Notes under the pieces: generated by a model
What the model was told of the DNA's origin: nothing
The model's input: only the letters and a program-made list of their open reading frames with translations
The model's database searches: none
Shown here: positions 1-12,600 of the stretch, piece after piece
How positions within the stretch are numbered: the stretch's first letter is position 1
Layout of the letters: every line of letters starts with the position of its first letter
DNA from: Mesotaenium endlicherianum
Taxonomy: Eukaryota
Direction: 5' to 3'
NCBI GenBank assembly: GCA_009602735.1
Contig: WELA01000805.1
Span: 218,879 to 282,878 of the forward strand
Length of the DNA: 64,000 nucleotides
Made by a program: the position numbers and the translations under genes

Positions 1-866
1 CATATTGAACCCGGCCCTGGAAACCCGAACCCAAACCCGATCCCAAACTGAACCAGCTCAGACCAGACCTGACCTGAAATTGACGAGTCCAGAATCTATG
101 GCGTCAGTCAAGTCAACTCAATACCTGCTGGAAGACATTCGGCTGCTAAATAGGCCACACCAAGCTTGTTGGCGTGTCCATCGCAGCAGAGAGCAGGTCA
201 TTTCGTCGATTGAAGGCTTTATCCAGGGGTGTGCGGAGATCAGGCCATATATAAGCGGCAAACTTCCTGACCGGTTCCTAGCAGCCCGCAGCAATCTACA
301 GACTCTCAATGCTGCTGATGCAATCGCTAACACTCTCGTTGAATCCATGGCAAAAAAGACGAGCAGCCTGCTGCATACGCTCGGCAGAGGAAGCGGCAGC
401 AGCAGCAGACTAGCAGCAGATGCAGCCCCCCGATCAGACGCAGGCAGTCCCGCCGGCTCCACACGGGGCACATTCGTACGGAGCCACCTCTGCAGGCGCC
501 CCTCCCTAATCGTTATGCCAACGGCTCTCTGATGCTGGAAGCTCACTGACTGGAGTGCAGACGCGACAAAGGCCGATGAAGACGGCTCCAGCTGAGGCTC
601 CCCAGGGGATGGCTTAGGAATGGGATAGGGATGGAATAGGATGGGACGGCATAAGGTGCTTCGGCACTTGAGCCCGTGAGCTTGTAGGTGTAGGGCTCTC
701 AGTCGAGTTAGGGCTTTTTGCAGGAGAGCAGTTCGAGAAGGAAATTTGAGGAATACAATTTTTCCCAAGCTTTGAGTTCCGGCTCGAGGTGTTTGGCAGA
801 GTACTTCCAAGTGGTGTATCCTACACTTCGGGCTTGGGCTAGGGTTTATAGTTCAAGTTCACGCAC

Positions 867-1152
867 CTAAGCACCGGACTTTGACGACGACGCCTTGGCT
901 CTCCATGATGGGATCCACGTAGAGCCCCGTGGCGCCACATGTCGAGCACTCGAGCACGCCCCGCTGCTCGCACTCCCCGCACCGGGGCTTGTCGCCGATG
1001 GCCTTGGGCGGCTGCAGCTTCACATCCTTGGGCTTCTCTATCGTCTCCTCTGGGATAGCAAAATCGTAGATGGGGTTCGCTAGAGCCTTCATCTTGCTCT
1101 GATAGCGCTCGACCCTCTGCTGCGGCTGCGGGTCGTTCGCAGCTGCCTCTGC
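867..1152 (-). CDS. Internal exon of a DnaJ-like (Hsp40 cysteine-rich) zinc-finger protein, plastid type; gene incomplete in window
   Basis: Encodes ...CGECEQRGVLECSTCGATGLYVDPIMESQGVVVKVRCLG, with CxxCxxxG repeats and the LYVDxIxESQGxxVKVRCLG motif of plant DnaJ-like Zn-finger proteins. Bounded by cag| (1153-1154) and |gtgcgt (866). No final CxxC exon is found in 1-866, so it probably lies left of the window. Possible transit-peptide exons near 2290-2840 (GCCATGTCT, MSATSVLVAPSA...) are unverified. Confidence 0.8.
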
Positions 1153-3671
1153 CTGGACAAGGAGAGGCGCTCGCGACAAGACACGCGCAAAAAGAAAGGC
1201 CTAGTGTGATGACGGTGACAGCAACAGGGGCACACGCAGACATGCATCGATGTGCGCGCGCGCGTGAGAGCATGTGTGCGTCCGCCCAATGTGTGCGTCT
1301 TTGTGTGACGTGTGTCCGTTTGTTTACGTCTATCAGTGTATGTCTGTGTGTATGTGTCTGTGTGTGTGCGTGTGTGTGCGTGAGTATGTGTTTGGGGGTT
1401 GAAAGGGGGGGGGGGGGGGNNNNNNNNNNNNNNNNNNNNNNNNNNNNNNNNNNNNNNNNNNNNNNNNNNNNNNNNNNNNNNNNNNNNNNNNNNNNNNNNN
1501 NNNNNNNNNNNNNNNNNNNNNNNNNNNNNNNNNNNNNNNNNNNNNNNNNNNNNNNNNNNGGGGGGGGGAGGAGGAAGGGGTTTGTGTGGGCTCACGCTGC
1601 ATGTCACGTGCATGCGCCACTCTAAGAAAGTCCTGGTGACGTGGAGTAGGTGCATACAGTGCCTCCGGTTGGGCGGCAGGGGTATGCTCGCAGTATGTGC
1701 ATAGAGAGCTTCCGAAATCGATGGGCCTTACTTCAATCAGGAAGGCAGCTTCAGTGAAAGGAAAGATGCAGGTCTTGCAGGCAACCGAGACTATCGGCAT
1801 TTTTGCCCGGCACTGTGCCATGTCCGCTAGTATCACTAAGGGGAATCTCACAACCACGACGCTTTGGCGCAGCTACACCCTGCATGCCAGCCGAGCAAAG
1901 ATCGAAGCAGCCAGAGTTTTACCCATGCGCCTGCGAGCTAAAGCCCGGCCGCGTTGCCGACACCAGCCGTCTTGCCAGCGTGCTTCCAGGTCTCAAGTGC
2001 ATAAGTCTAAAACAACAAGAAGCATGACGTTTTCCCCGGCATCAAATACTACTGGAAAGCCAGGGGAGTTCCAATCATCACTGGAGCTCCAGTCCCCCCA
2101 GACCCCAGCCTTAGCAGGCCCCTTCTCACCCGCTCATTCATACAATAAAGAATCAGGCTACTATATGATTCATTATACTTGACTGCAATAGCCAAAACGA
2201 GGAACACCGAAGTTGTCCCTCACCTTTAGTTCAGGTTTGCATCAGCAGCTTGAAATGATGATGTTTAGATCTGGTGGAGCCCCACCTCTGAAGTGGCCAG
2301 CGATGACCCCTTTATCGACTCTGGGTCCTTGCCAGTCACGCCGGCCTCAGTCCCAGCACGCCAGCTCAGCAGTCTGTGCGTCCTAAGGGCAGACACCCGC
2401 TGGGCTGCAGGCTGCAGCACAAGCTTGTTGGGCCTGCACGTATGGAAAATACACGAACAGCGGTTAAGCTATGACTGCAAATGTTTGTTTCAGAAAATTG
2501 GCAACTCTGCAAGACGGGCACCTTATCACTTGGTAGCAGATCCAAACTAAACCTCCTAAATAATTCCACTATTCTATGCCAGAATAAGTAGATACATGCA
2601 CCTGTAGATCACCAGCCAGCTCCATTCTCAAATCTTTGAATGCCTGGATAGCGGAAGATAGCAAACGCACTGATTCCTCTCACGATTCTCACATGAAAAA
2701 AGACTTTCCAAGACTGACGCCGATGATCTGGCAAGATCTTCCATCATGATATTTCTTCACGCCTTGTCGCCTCCCCAGAATCGTCGAAAGTGCCCCATTG
2801 CAGGCGCTGGGGGCCACGAGAACAGAAGTAGCAGACATGGCGACGATTTTCGGGAACGTATCCCAGAATGCAAGCTACTGCAGCATGACAAGAAGATTCA
2901 CACTTCGTCCCTACGCCGAACCTTATCAAGCTAGGAAATGGTAACAAGGTGGGTAAACCACAGCTGACAAGAAAGCATGCGGGTCTGCAGAATATTAAGA
3001 TATAAAAAGGAAAGATTGACTACGACCGGGACCAAAGTACATGCAACAAGATCCAAGTACAATGATGGTGCGCTGAGGTCAAAACTAAGACATGGGATAT
3101 GAGCATACATAAGTGGAGCTAAAAATTCGCTGGTCCGAAGCTCGCCCCGTAAACATGCCACATAAAAGTTCACTCTATATCAGGTCACCTGACCTGCTAT
3201 ATAGGTTCTCGATGTCGGGCTGTAATGTGACACGTCCAGAAGCTCATGTGGGACGCCGCGACGTCGTGACTGACAATTTGGATGAGTATTGACAGTCGCG
3301 TTTGGTCGCGTTGATACCGGTTGATACCTTTTGATGAGTCATGAGCTGTCACGTCTCCATTATTCGAGGAGGAGGACGTCCGAACAGAATGACGCTATTC
3401 ACGAAGGCAATGAAAGTGAAAACGTGATAGCACTACGTCGGTACAAGTAATCATTTCGCACAATCAATAAGTGTGAAGCTAGTGTGAGGTCAAAAGTTGA
3501 TAGCAATCAATAGCTCTACAGCAAGAATTGATTCAGCTCAGGCTGGGTTATTGAGGGAAGCATAACTCAGTCATGTCAAGATCCTGCTTTCCGCTTTTCT
3601 GAGAACCACTGTGACGAAGTGACGAAGCCTAAGTATCAATCCTTCTCCCGTGGCACTGATGAGCTCTTAGT

Positions 3672-6600
3672 ATGTCTGGTAAGATGTGGGAGCGTCTGGG
3701 TGGTCTCAGGGAAGCAGTTAAGGAAGGACTGCAGGAGTTCAGCAGAGATGCTTTAAAAGAGACAAGCCTTCTTAAAGAAACCGTTGTGGAAAATGTAGCT
3801 CCTGTCACGAATGTCCTTGGAAATGCTCCCATTTTGGGTCGTCGTAAAAAGAAAGATAAAGTAGAGAAACCGAAGCTTGTCAGCAAATTGATTACCCCGC
3901 TATTGGATGAGGTAAATAACTCTATAAAATTCTGCTGTGTATATCATATTGTATTTACGTTAGGCTCGTGTCAGGTGCTGCCCACTTAGAGTAAACGAGT
4001 ATTAAAATAACGTCTCCATTACAACTATAGTTATATCATGCAGAAATATGCCCATAGCTACAGAATAGCTGTCTCACCTCGTTGTAGATTGTGCATTGCC
4101 TTCAGCGTTGACTATGACTTTGCGCAGCCTGCTATTTTTCAACATGGAAACAGCGCCTTAAATTCATCTTTTTGCTCAGGTGCCTCTCTTCACCACTGTG
4201 TTTGTGGCGCAGAGTAAAGGAGGTACATTGCCAGTTGACCCACCAGAAGCACAGTCTGAGCCTCCTGAAGTTGATCATCATGCGAGTAAGAAAATTACTA
4301 ACATTGGCAGCAGCAGCCGACAAAGCAAAGAGAGAAATCGCCGTCAGAAAGTGTTGAGCACCGGAGTAGGAGCTGATAGTAGCAAGCTGAAGGAGGGTAC
4401 TCTAGACTCCAGTGGCGACTTCAGACCAGGTGCAGAAAGGAGCCTAAGTGATGAAAGGGCGTCTGAAATTGTTCCAGTCACGAGCAGTCCTCATTTAGAA
4501 GGGGACGTTAACAATCCATCAAAACCATCAGAGCTGGAAGTAGAAAGTACTGGGGTGACGGAGCTCAAGGCTTCAGAGAAGGAGCAAGTTGGCTCTGGCT
4601 TCATCCCAGAGGAGCTCCCCCCCGAGCCTCTAGCCGACCCTGCAGATGCTTCACAGACGCGAGATGCCTTGCCAGCCTCTGGAGAAGATTCTCATCGTGA
4701 AGAGCATAGAGTTCCTGTGGAAGAACTCAGAGATGGTAACGTTGACGAAGTTGCCATGGCACCTCCTTCTGTCGACCAACTCGAGGGAGACATTCCTGAG
4801 GGTGAGAGCGCACAATCGCAGCGAGGAGTGCCTGTAGACGTTGAGGAGAGCACATCCGGAGAGAGGGAGCGGAGAGGTACACAAATGGTAGTAATAGGGA
4901 CCGAAGACACAAAACATACAGGAGGCGGAGCTAGCGAGCAAGTACAAGAGCGAGAGCAGGCACAGGAGCAGGTGCACGAGCAGGAGCACGAGCGGGAGCC
5001 GGTGCAGTTGCAGGAGCAGGAGCAGGAGCAGGAGCAGGTGCAGGTGCAGGAGCAGAAGCAGGAGCAGGGGGGGGAGTTGGAGCAGGAAGAGGGGCAAGAA
5101 GAGAGAAGTGCGGATCCTGCGCAGGCTGGTGCCGAGGAGAGCTCGGAGGCTATGGCTGCTGAAGAAGGCCCGGCTAATTGTGCTGCTGATGAAGCCAGTG
5201 ACCCGACCAGTCAGTCAGGCACTGAGCCCAGTGTAGGGCCTAGTGTAAGGCCCAGTCTAGGGTCTAGTCTAGAGGAGCAAGAGGGGGGACAATTGTCGCC
5301 TGCAGGAAGCTCGCCTGGGCTGGATGGGAAGGCCGGCCATAAAGCTGTGGGAACAGCAGTAGAAGCGACGGGGGCGACTGAGGAGACTGAGGAGAGTCCC
5401 GGGAAGAGGAGGCAGGAGGAAGGTGAGAGGGAGAGGCGGAAAATGGAATCGTCAGCGGAGGTGGAGAGGCTGAACGGGCTCTGCCAGCAGCTGAGAAGCT
5501 CGTTGGACGAGGCATTGAATGGGCGAGCGAGCCTGCTGCGCCAGCTGGGCGGCATGGAGGACGAGCTGGAGTCCATACGCGCCCAGGTGAGACCTCCCCC
5601 CCCCCCTCCCCCCNNNNNNNNNNNNNNNNNNNNNNNNNNNNNNNNNNNNNNNNNNNNNNNNNNNNNNNNNNNNNNNNNNNNNNNNNNNNNNNNNNNNNNN
5701 NNNNNNNNNNNNNNNNNNNNNNNNNNNNNNNNNNNNNNNNNNNNNNNNNNNNNNNNNNNNNNNNNNNNNNNNNNNNNNNNNNNNNNNNNNNNNNNNNNNN
5801 NNNNNNNNNNNNNNNNNNNNNNNNNNNNNNNNNNNNNNNNNNNNNNNNNNNNNNNNNNNNNNNNNNNNNNNCCCCCCCGTCCGACCTCCTCCTTCTCGTG
5901 TCTCCCCTGAACTTCTCTCCTCATACCTGTGGCAAAGTAGGGAGTGCAAACGGCACCCTTATTGGCACAGCCCCTGGTGGATCCGGCCCGCTTTGCCCCC
6001 TCAGATGGGTGGGGATGCTTTCGCTTTTGAACCGGGCCTGGGGCACACAATTAAATAGCTTGCTGCTTTCTGGCGTAGTGGTACGAGCTAAAGGCTGTAG
6101 CAGTTTAGCCCTGCACTCTCCCCATGTAAGGGTAGAACAAACCCCGTCCCTGGGCAACATCAGGCTGCTCCAAAGAGACACTTGCACTCGTCCCAGCAAA
6201 GAATAGAGCAAGCTCCTGTCCCCATGAGCCATGAGGGCTAATTAAAGAGAAGCGGGAGCCCCGGTCGGGTTGCATGGTGTCTATGGCTGCTGCCAGGTGC
6301 ACGCACTCGGTCAATTTGAAGAGACAAGGACACCAGTGACCTGCTTTCCGCACCCCTCTTTGACCAACATCAAACCAAGGTTCAGTACTATGAGCATTTC
6401 ACTGCACCTATCTCATATTTTGCGAGTAGATTTCAATTTCTTTGACGGAGTCTATTTCCTGGCTCACGTGGAGTTACGGCTAATAGTTCTGTTCTCACAC
6501 AGAAGGGGCTGTCTCGTTCAAAGTGGGGCTTGCCTTTGGATCTGGCAGGTGGCTCTGGTAATTTGTCGGACATGGCTGCCAGTCCGGCCTGGTCTCAGAG

Positions 6601-9600
6601 ACACTCTTTCTGGGGCTGTTATGACCTTATTGTGACTTCTACCGAAGTACAACCATCATATAGGTACATTCAGCACGCACCACACGTGCCCGCTTGAAGC
6701 TGTCACCGTCTCTCTGCTTGCAGCCAGGCACGCAGTCAGAGCAGCGAGCGTGAGGAACTGGCCCGCCCTCGGACACACAAGCTCAGCCGAAACAGCAACA
6801 GACCTGGCTAGGGATGGGCGGGCTTCGACACGAGCCCAGCTCTCGGGTGCATGCTCAGTCTCTCGTGGACACGCATTGATGGAGCTGTGGCGTTCTCATC
6901 GGCAACCAGCGAATGCTAGGCCAAGCATGCATAGGAGCTGTCACTGAGATGGATTATGCCAAAGCTGAAGGGGAAGATGACAGCACGCATGTGGTGCCGT
7001 GCCCTCACGTTTCATCCAGCAAGCGGCCCCATTGATGTTCAGAGGATTTTCCACAAGGGAGAGTTTTTTGTGAGGAGAATTCAAATGCGAGCTACGCACG
7101 TCTTGAGTACCACTTATGTCGTCAATATTGGCCTCTGATTGTGCCAACAAATGGACGGTGTGCGGTGGTGTCCTGGTGTCGTGGGTGGCAGGCCATGAGG
7201 CACGAGTTGGAGGCTGACAGGTGGCAGAGCGCCGCAGGAGAGTCGGACAAGAGGGCCGAGGAGCAGCTGCAGGCTGCCAGGCGGGACCACAAGGTGCTCA
7301 AGGACAAGCTGCAGGTGGCGGAGCGCGAGCTCGCCAGCAAGGAGTTTGCCATTGCTGCTGCAAAGAAGGAGAGGGAGGTGCGGATCTGCGGCTGCTGCTG
7401 CTTCTGCTCAAGCCTCTTGCAGATTGCTTACAACTGTTCTTAAACCCTCGTGAAATGACAGCCGTTCTTCTAGTCGCTGCATAGGCAAATGTCGGCAGCC
7501 ATGGCTGCAAGAGCGCGTCTCTCTCCCTCAGGGCATGTGTCCGCGTTTGTGTGCGCGGGCGTGCGTGGTCGTATATGCACGGACGCATGTGCTTCTGCTC
7601 TCGACATCTAGTTGCTGGAGGGTTCACCAGGAACAGGGCAGCAGCAGGGGGAGGCTCGCATCCATCAACTCTTGTCAAAGTGCCGCTGCAGGCCTCCTGG
7701 TTATAGCATTGACAATCCTACCCCCACCATTCACGAGCGCCAGCAGCTGCCTATTACGGAATCCACCTCGGAGGGAGAGAGAGGGGGGGAAGGGAGGGAG
7801 GGGGAAAGTGCACTACCTGTCCACGTGCGTCGGAGGAAATGGAACAGCTCGACAAGTGGCGGCCAGGCAGCCAGCCAGAAGGAAGGATCAGTCATTGTGT
7901 GCGCCGGCAGTAGCCAGAGGTGGGACACCACACGCATGGACTGACCACTTATGCTGGCTCGACACGTGGGGCTGGCTGCAGGGCACAGAGCAGAAGCACA
8001 AGGCTGCCGTGGCGAGCATGGAGAAGATAGTTGAAGGGCTCAACGGGCAGCTCCAGGTCAGCACTTTGCCTGCTCTACTGCAATACCCTCGCTGCGTTTC
8101 CCATCCTCCGCCCCAGCCCAACCCCGCCTTTCTCCTCACCTGTCCCAACCGGTCCTCGCGGATGAACTTTTCGCATAATTTGCGAATCAAACCCCGTCGG
8201 AAATTGCAAAAAATGCGAATTCCGTCGACCCCCGGCGCGGCCCCAGAAAAGAATGCGATTCTCCTCGGCTCCCGGCGCGGCCGACCACCTCCCGACCTGC
8301 CGAATCGCAAAAGATGCGTCCTCCGACGCCCCCAAAATCCCCCAAGACGAATTTTATGCGAGAAACCCCCCCCCCCCCNNNNNNNNNNNNNNNNNNNNNN
8401 NNNNNNNNNNNNNNNNNNNNNNNNNNNNNNNNNNNNNNNNNNNNNNNNNNNNNNNNNNNNNNNNNNNNNNNNNNNNNNNNNNNNNNNNNNNNNNNNNNNN
8501 NNNNNNNNNNNNNNNNNNNNNNNNNNNNNNNNNNNNNNNNNNNNNNNNNNNNNNNNNNNNNNNNNNNNNNNNNNNNNNNNNNNCCCCCCCCCCCCGGATT
8601 GCAAAAAAAAGCGATCTGAGGTTGCGAGTATGGGTTGCCTGTCCATACGCCTCGTTGTCCCTGTCCGTTCTGCTGCCTCTGTCCCCGCCCCTTTTTGGCT
8701 GCCGCCTGTCGTCTCCCCACAGGCTGCCGTCTAATTGCTCTACAGGCTGCATACGACACAGTGAAACGAGCACAGCCGTACTCTGGAGCGTGTACCCTCC
8801 GTCAAGCAGCGGTTGCTAGTATGGAGAAGCCTTACATGTTCGCTTGCAGGTCAACTCTCGCGCCCATCTTCTTTGCTTGCATGCTCGTGTACCCCTGGGG
8901 AGGGAGAAGAAGGTGGCGTGGTGAAGCCCTACATGCTCGCTTGCTGCAAACCTCTTTGGCTCATCATCATCGGGTAGGCTTGTTTGTCTACGGGTGTACA
9001 CCTGGAGGGGAGAAGGACTAGGACACGGTGGCGCGATGGAGCCTTACATCTTCTGTTCCTGCTCGGCCCTGTGAGTTGCCCGCGCGCTTGTGTGTGTGTG
9101 CACACCAGGAGAGGGAGAAGGACTTGGAGGAGGTGGCAGAGGAGAACGAGAAGGTGGTGAGGGACTTCAACGAACAGCTGGAGGCGCTCGAGGCCAGCAT
9201 GGCGGAGCGCGATTCGCTGCGGGAGAGCCTGACTCAGCAGGAGCAGGAGCTGCAGGAGTGCAGAGCCAGCCTGTCAAAGGCGGAAGCTGAGGTAACCTGC
9301 GCCCCCCTCCTCCCCCCCCAACATACTCCTTCTGATCGTGCCACATGGCGGCATGGAAGACGCGCACGGGGCAGGCAGAGGCGGGCAGAGGACTGCTATC
9401 TATCAGATTGACTGGCGGTGTGATGCATGTGCTTAGCTTTCTTAGTCAGGTCGACTGACTGCTTCTCTGAGTCTCGTGTTATTGTGTGTGGTGCTTCTAC
9501 AAGCCCCTTCCCGTGTGTACGTGCATGTGTGTGCCTGTGCCTGTGTGAGAGCGCGTCTGTGCAAGTGCACCTGCGTGCGGGTGAGTGTGTGATGTGCACA

Positions 9601-12600
9601 CACGTGTGTATGTGTGTGCGCGCGTGCACTGTGTGACGAATCATTGTAACGAGTCTCATCCACGGGCGCGTGCAACTGGTTCCAATCTGTGTGTGCGTGT
9701 GGTCCCACAGGCAAAGGCGGCGAGGAGGGAGGCGGCAGAGAGCAGCGTGGAGCTGGCGGATGCCAAGGCAGAGATTTGGGCCGTGCGCGAGGCGGCCAAG
9801 GGCAAGGCGCTAGGTGAGGACGAACGTCAGCAGCTAGAGGCAGCGCTCAAGGCGGTGTCTACGTCGAGCCAGGTGGCGGCAGCGGAGGCCTCCGAGTGGA
9901 GGGACAAGTGCCAGCAGGCGGAGGAGCAAGAGAAGGTCCGGGGGCGCCAGTTGGCGGCGCTGGAGGCTGAGCTGGCGCTGGCCCACCACAGGTTGCAGGA
10001 GGCGGAGGCCAACGCTGACGAGGCGCAGAGGCTGAGAGCCCAGGTGGAGCTCTTGTGCCGGCTCCTCTCCCGTGTCCCTCTCCCCTCTTCCTCTCCCTTG
10101 CCCCCTCCCTCCCAAATTCCGAGCCTCTCCCAAACCTCGTCCTCTTCCCCATTCCTCTTGCTTCACCGCTGCTGGCGGTGCCTGGTCAAGTTCAGGGTTT
10201 GTGAATCGTTCCCATATGTTAAATTGAGCTCGGACTTGGTGGCCTCCTGCTGTGTTGCCAACTGGCAGCATATCATGGAATTCATGCATGCATGCTTGCA
10301 ACCACACGTGCATGTGTCTTTGCTCTGCACTTCTTGCCGGGCGAGGGTGAGTGGAGGAAGGGAAAGGGGGGGGGTTGCTGGGCCTGGATGTTCCTCCTCC
10401 TCCCCCACCTCCTCATCCTCTTCCTACTGCCCTGCTACTGCTTCTGCGAGGCTCGGCAAGCCTCCTCGCTGGTGCTGGCACTCCCCTGCTTGCGCGCTCA
10501 GTCACTTAAGTTCCTGGGCCTAACTGGGCACCACCATGAACGCCTCTGCTTGAGGCCGTTGGGGTCAGAGCTCTCCCCGATCCAGCTTCGCTCAGTTGCT
10601 CAGTTGCTCAGTTGGCCGGGTCGGCAATTGGAGGAACCAGCTTTGACACGTGGGCAGTGAAGGGGAAGGCTTGAAGCAGTCACGCTGACAAAGCAAGCTG
10701 GGTGGTTAGCCTTTTTGTTGGGGGGGGTTGACTAATGGGCTTTGGGAGGTGGTGCCACATGGCAGGCAGAGGGAACCAGCGAGCAGCTGCGGGAGCAGAC
10801 GGAGAGGCGCGCGCGCATCTTCAATGCAGCTGTCAAAGCCGCTGTCTCAAAAATTCAATCTGTGAGCTCTTCCTCTCCCTCCTCTTCTTCTTCTCCTTGT
10901 TTCCTTCAATTGGTGCCCTGCGCCCCTCCAACTGCTCCATCCCCGTGCTGCCTCCTCTCTGCATCCTTACTCCCCCATCTGGCAGCTGGCTTTATTCCCT
11001 GAGCTGCAGTGAGGCATCTGCTTGGGCACCCACACCTGCTACGTGTGCTCGCAAACACGCATCTGCACCTGCAGACACACACAAGCACACCCGCACACGC
11101 ACACACACGCATAGACTCTGTATGCAGACGTGCGTGCGCATGCGGAAGCACACGCTCGGCGCATCTGCCTCCCTTTGCATATACTGGGGTACCTACGTAC
11201 ATCAACTCCATATATGCTCTTCCTTATGCGTGGGCTGTCATGCCGGCGTCGCTATATGCGAAAGAGTTTAAAACTGTAATTTCTTGTTGGGGGATTTGAT
11301 TAGGGTTCCTAAGTTTGTACTGAGAGCTGGGACAACTGAGGATCCAGGGTTCAGGGTTCTTCTGATCTGCCTGGGGACAATTTTTTAATGCGCTAATGCA
11401 GGTGCCCGGGGGTGGATTGTGAGTGTGCAAGCTTTGAGCGCAGACAAGCATGAGAGAGTGCGCTCAGATGCCAGCTGGTTGGGTGGACAGGAATGAGTCT
11501 GCTTCCTCAAGTGCCAGCTGGAAGGGCGGAAAGGAATGGGGGAGCAGGCTCAGCTTGCCAGCTGGCTGTGCAGACCCTCATGCCTGAGAGGGGTGGGTGT
11601 GGGTGGGTGCATGCGTGCCGATGTGTTGCAGGAGCTGGAGGAGGAGAGGGATGCGGCGATAGAGCGCATTGCAGCCCTCGAGTCCGACGCTGCCGCCCAC
11701 TCCCAGGAACTTGCCAAGTCGCAGGTATAGGAGACATGCTCATCCGCTCTGCTCCTGCTCCCCAGACCTCTGGAAGTGAAACGTTTCTGACAGAGAGCTC
11801 CTCGGTTGCCATGTGTCACGCCTTCGGGCCGCTTCTTGCTGCTCCCTTGAGGATGTGGACGGGCATTGACACGAGAGGGCGTGTCAGGTCCTGACCCCTG
11901 TGGTGGTGTGCGGTCTAATGTCAGTGTGGGGCCTTGCTGCCTATCAGTTTGTGTGCATCTCATTGGGGAGGGTGTTGTTGAAAAGTTCAAAGAGTTTACA
12001 AACGTTCAGGCAGTGTAAAACCTGAACCATCGTCCAAAGAAGAAAGAAAAGAAATCTAGCAGTCAGTCTGTCCAGTGACTGGGTTGTGCGCTCTTCCCCG
12101 CCCCATCCCTGTGAAGGGGAGTAAAGAGGGAGGGAAGGGGGTGGGGGGCAGGGAGAAAGGGAGGCAGACATGGAGAGGAATTTGTGAGGGGATGAGTCTG
12201 GGACCCTGTGTCTTGTGTGGGTACGTAGTTAGCAAAGAAACGTCTCCTCTCCTCCTCCTCCCCCTCCCCTCCCCCTCGCCGTTGCCCTCGCCCCCTTCTT
12301 CATCCCTCTCCTTCACTCCCTTCTCCTCCCTCCTTAGAAGGGATCCGGTGCGTGGCCTTCGTGCATGACGCGGGGGGCTCCGGTGTTTTGGCTTCATTGC
12401 AGAAAGAGCTGAGGCTGCTGACGGAGGACCTGGAGGCGGCCAACAGCAGGGGCTCTGCGGCGCTCGAGGAGCAGGACGAGCTGCGGCGACAGGTGGCGGC
12501 GCTGGAGAAGCACCTGGCCAAGGCGGAGGAGCGGGAGAGGGAGGCTGCAAAGAGCGCGCAGGCGGCGCGCGACGCCACCTCTGCTGCGCTGCGTGAGGTG

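Noticed and set aside
5..532. 175-aa plus-strand ORF
   Set aside because: No recognisable domain. It lies antisense within the presumed last intron of the DnaJ-like gene and cannot be supported without a search.
1697..2182. 161-aa plus-strand ORF
   Set aside because: No motif, and it overlaps the presumed intronic region of a minus-strand gene.
1404..8594. Long G/C homopolymers next to N runs (1404, 5596, 8366) and ORFs reading through them
   Set aside because: Assembly gaps at poly-G/C tracts; the ORFs spanning them are artefacts.
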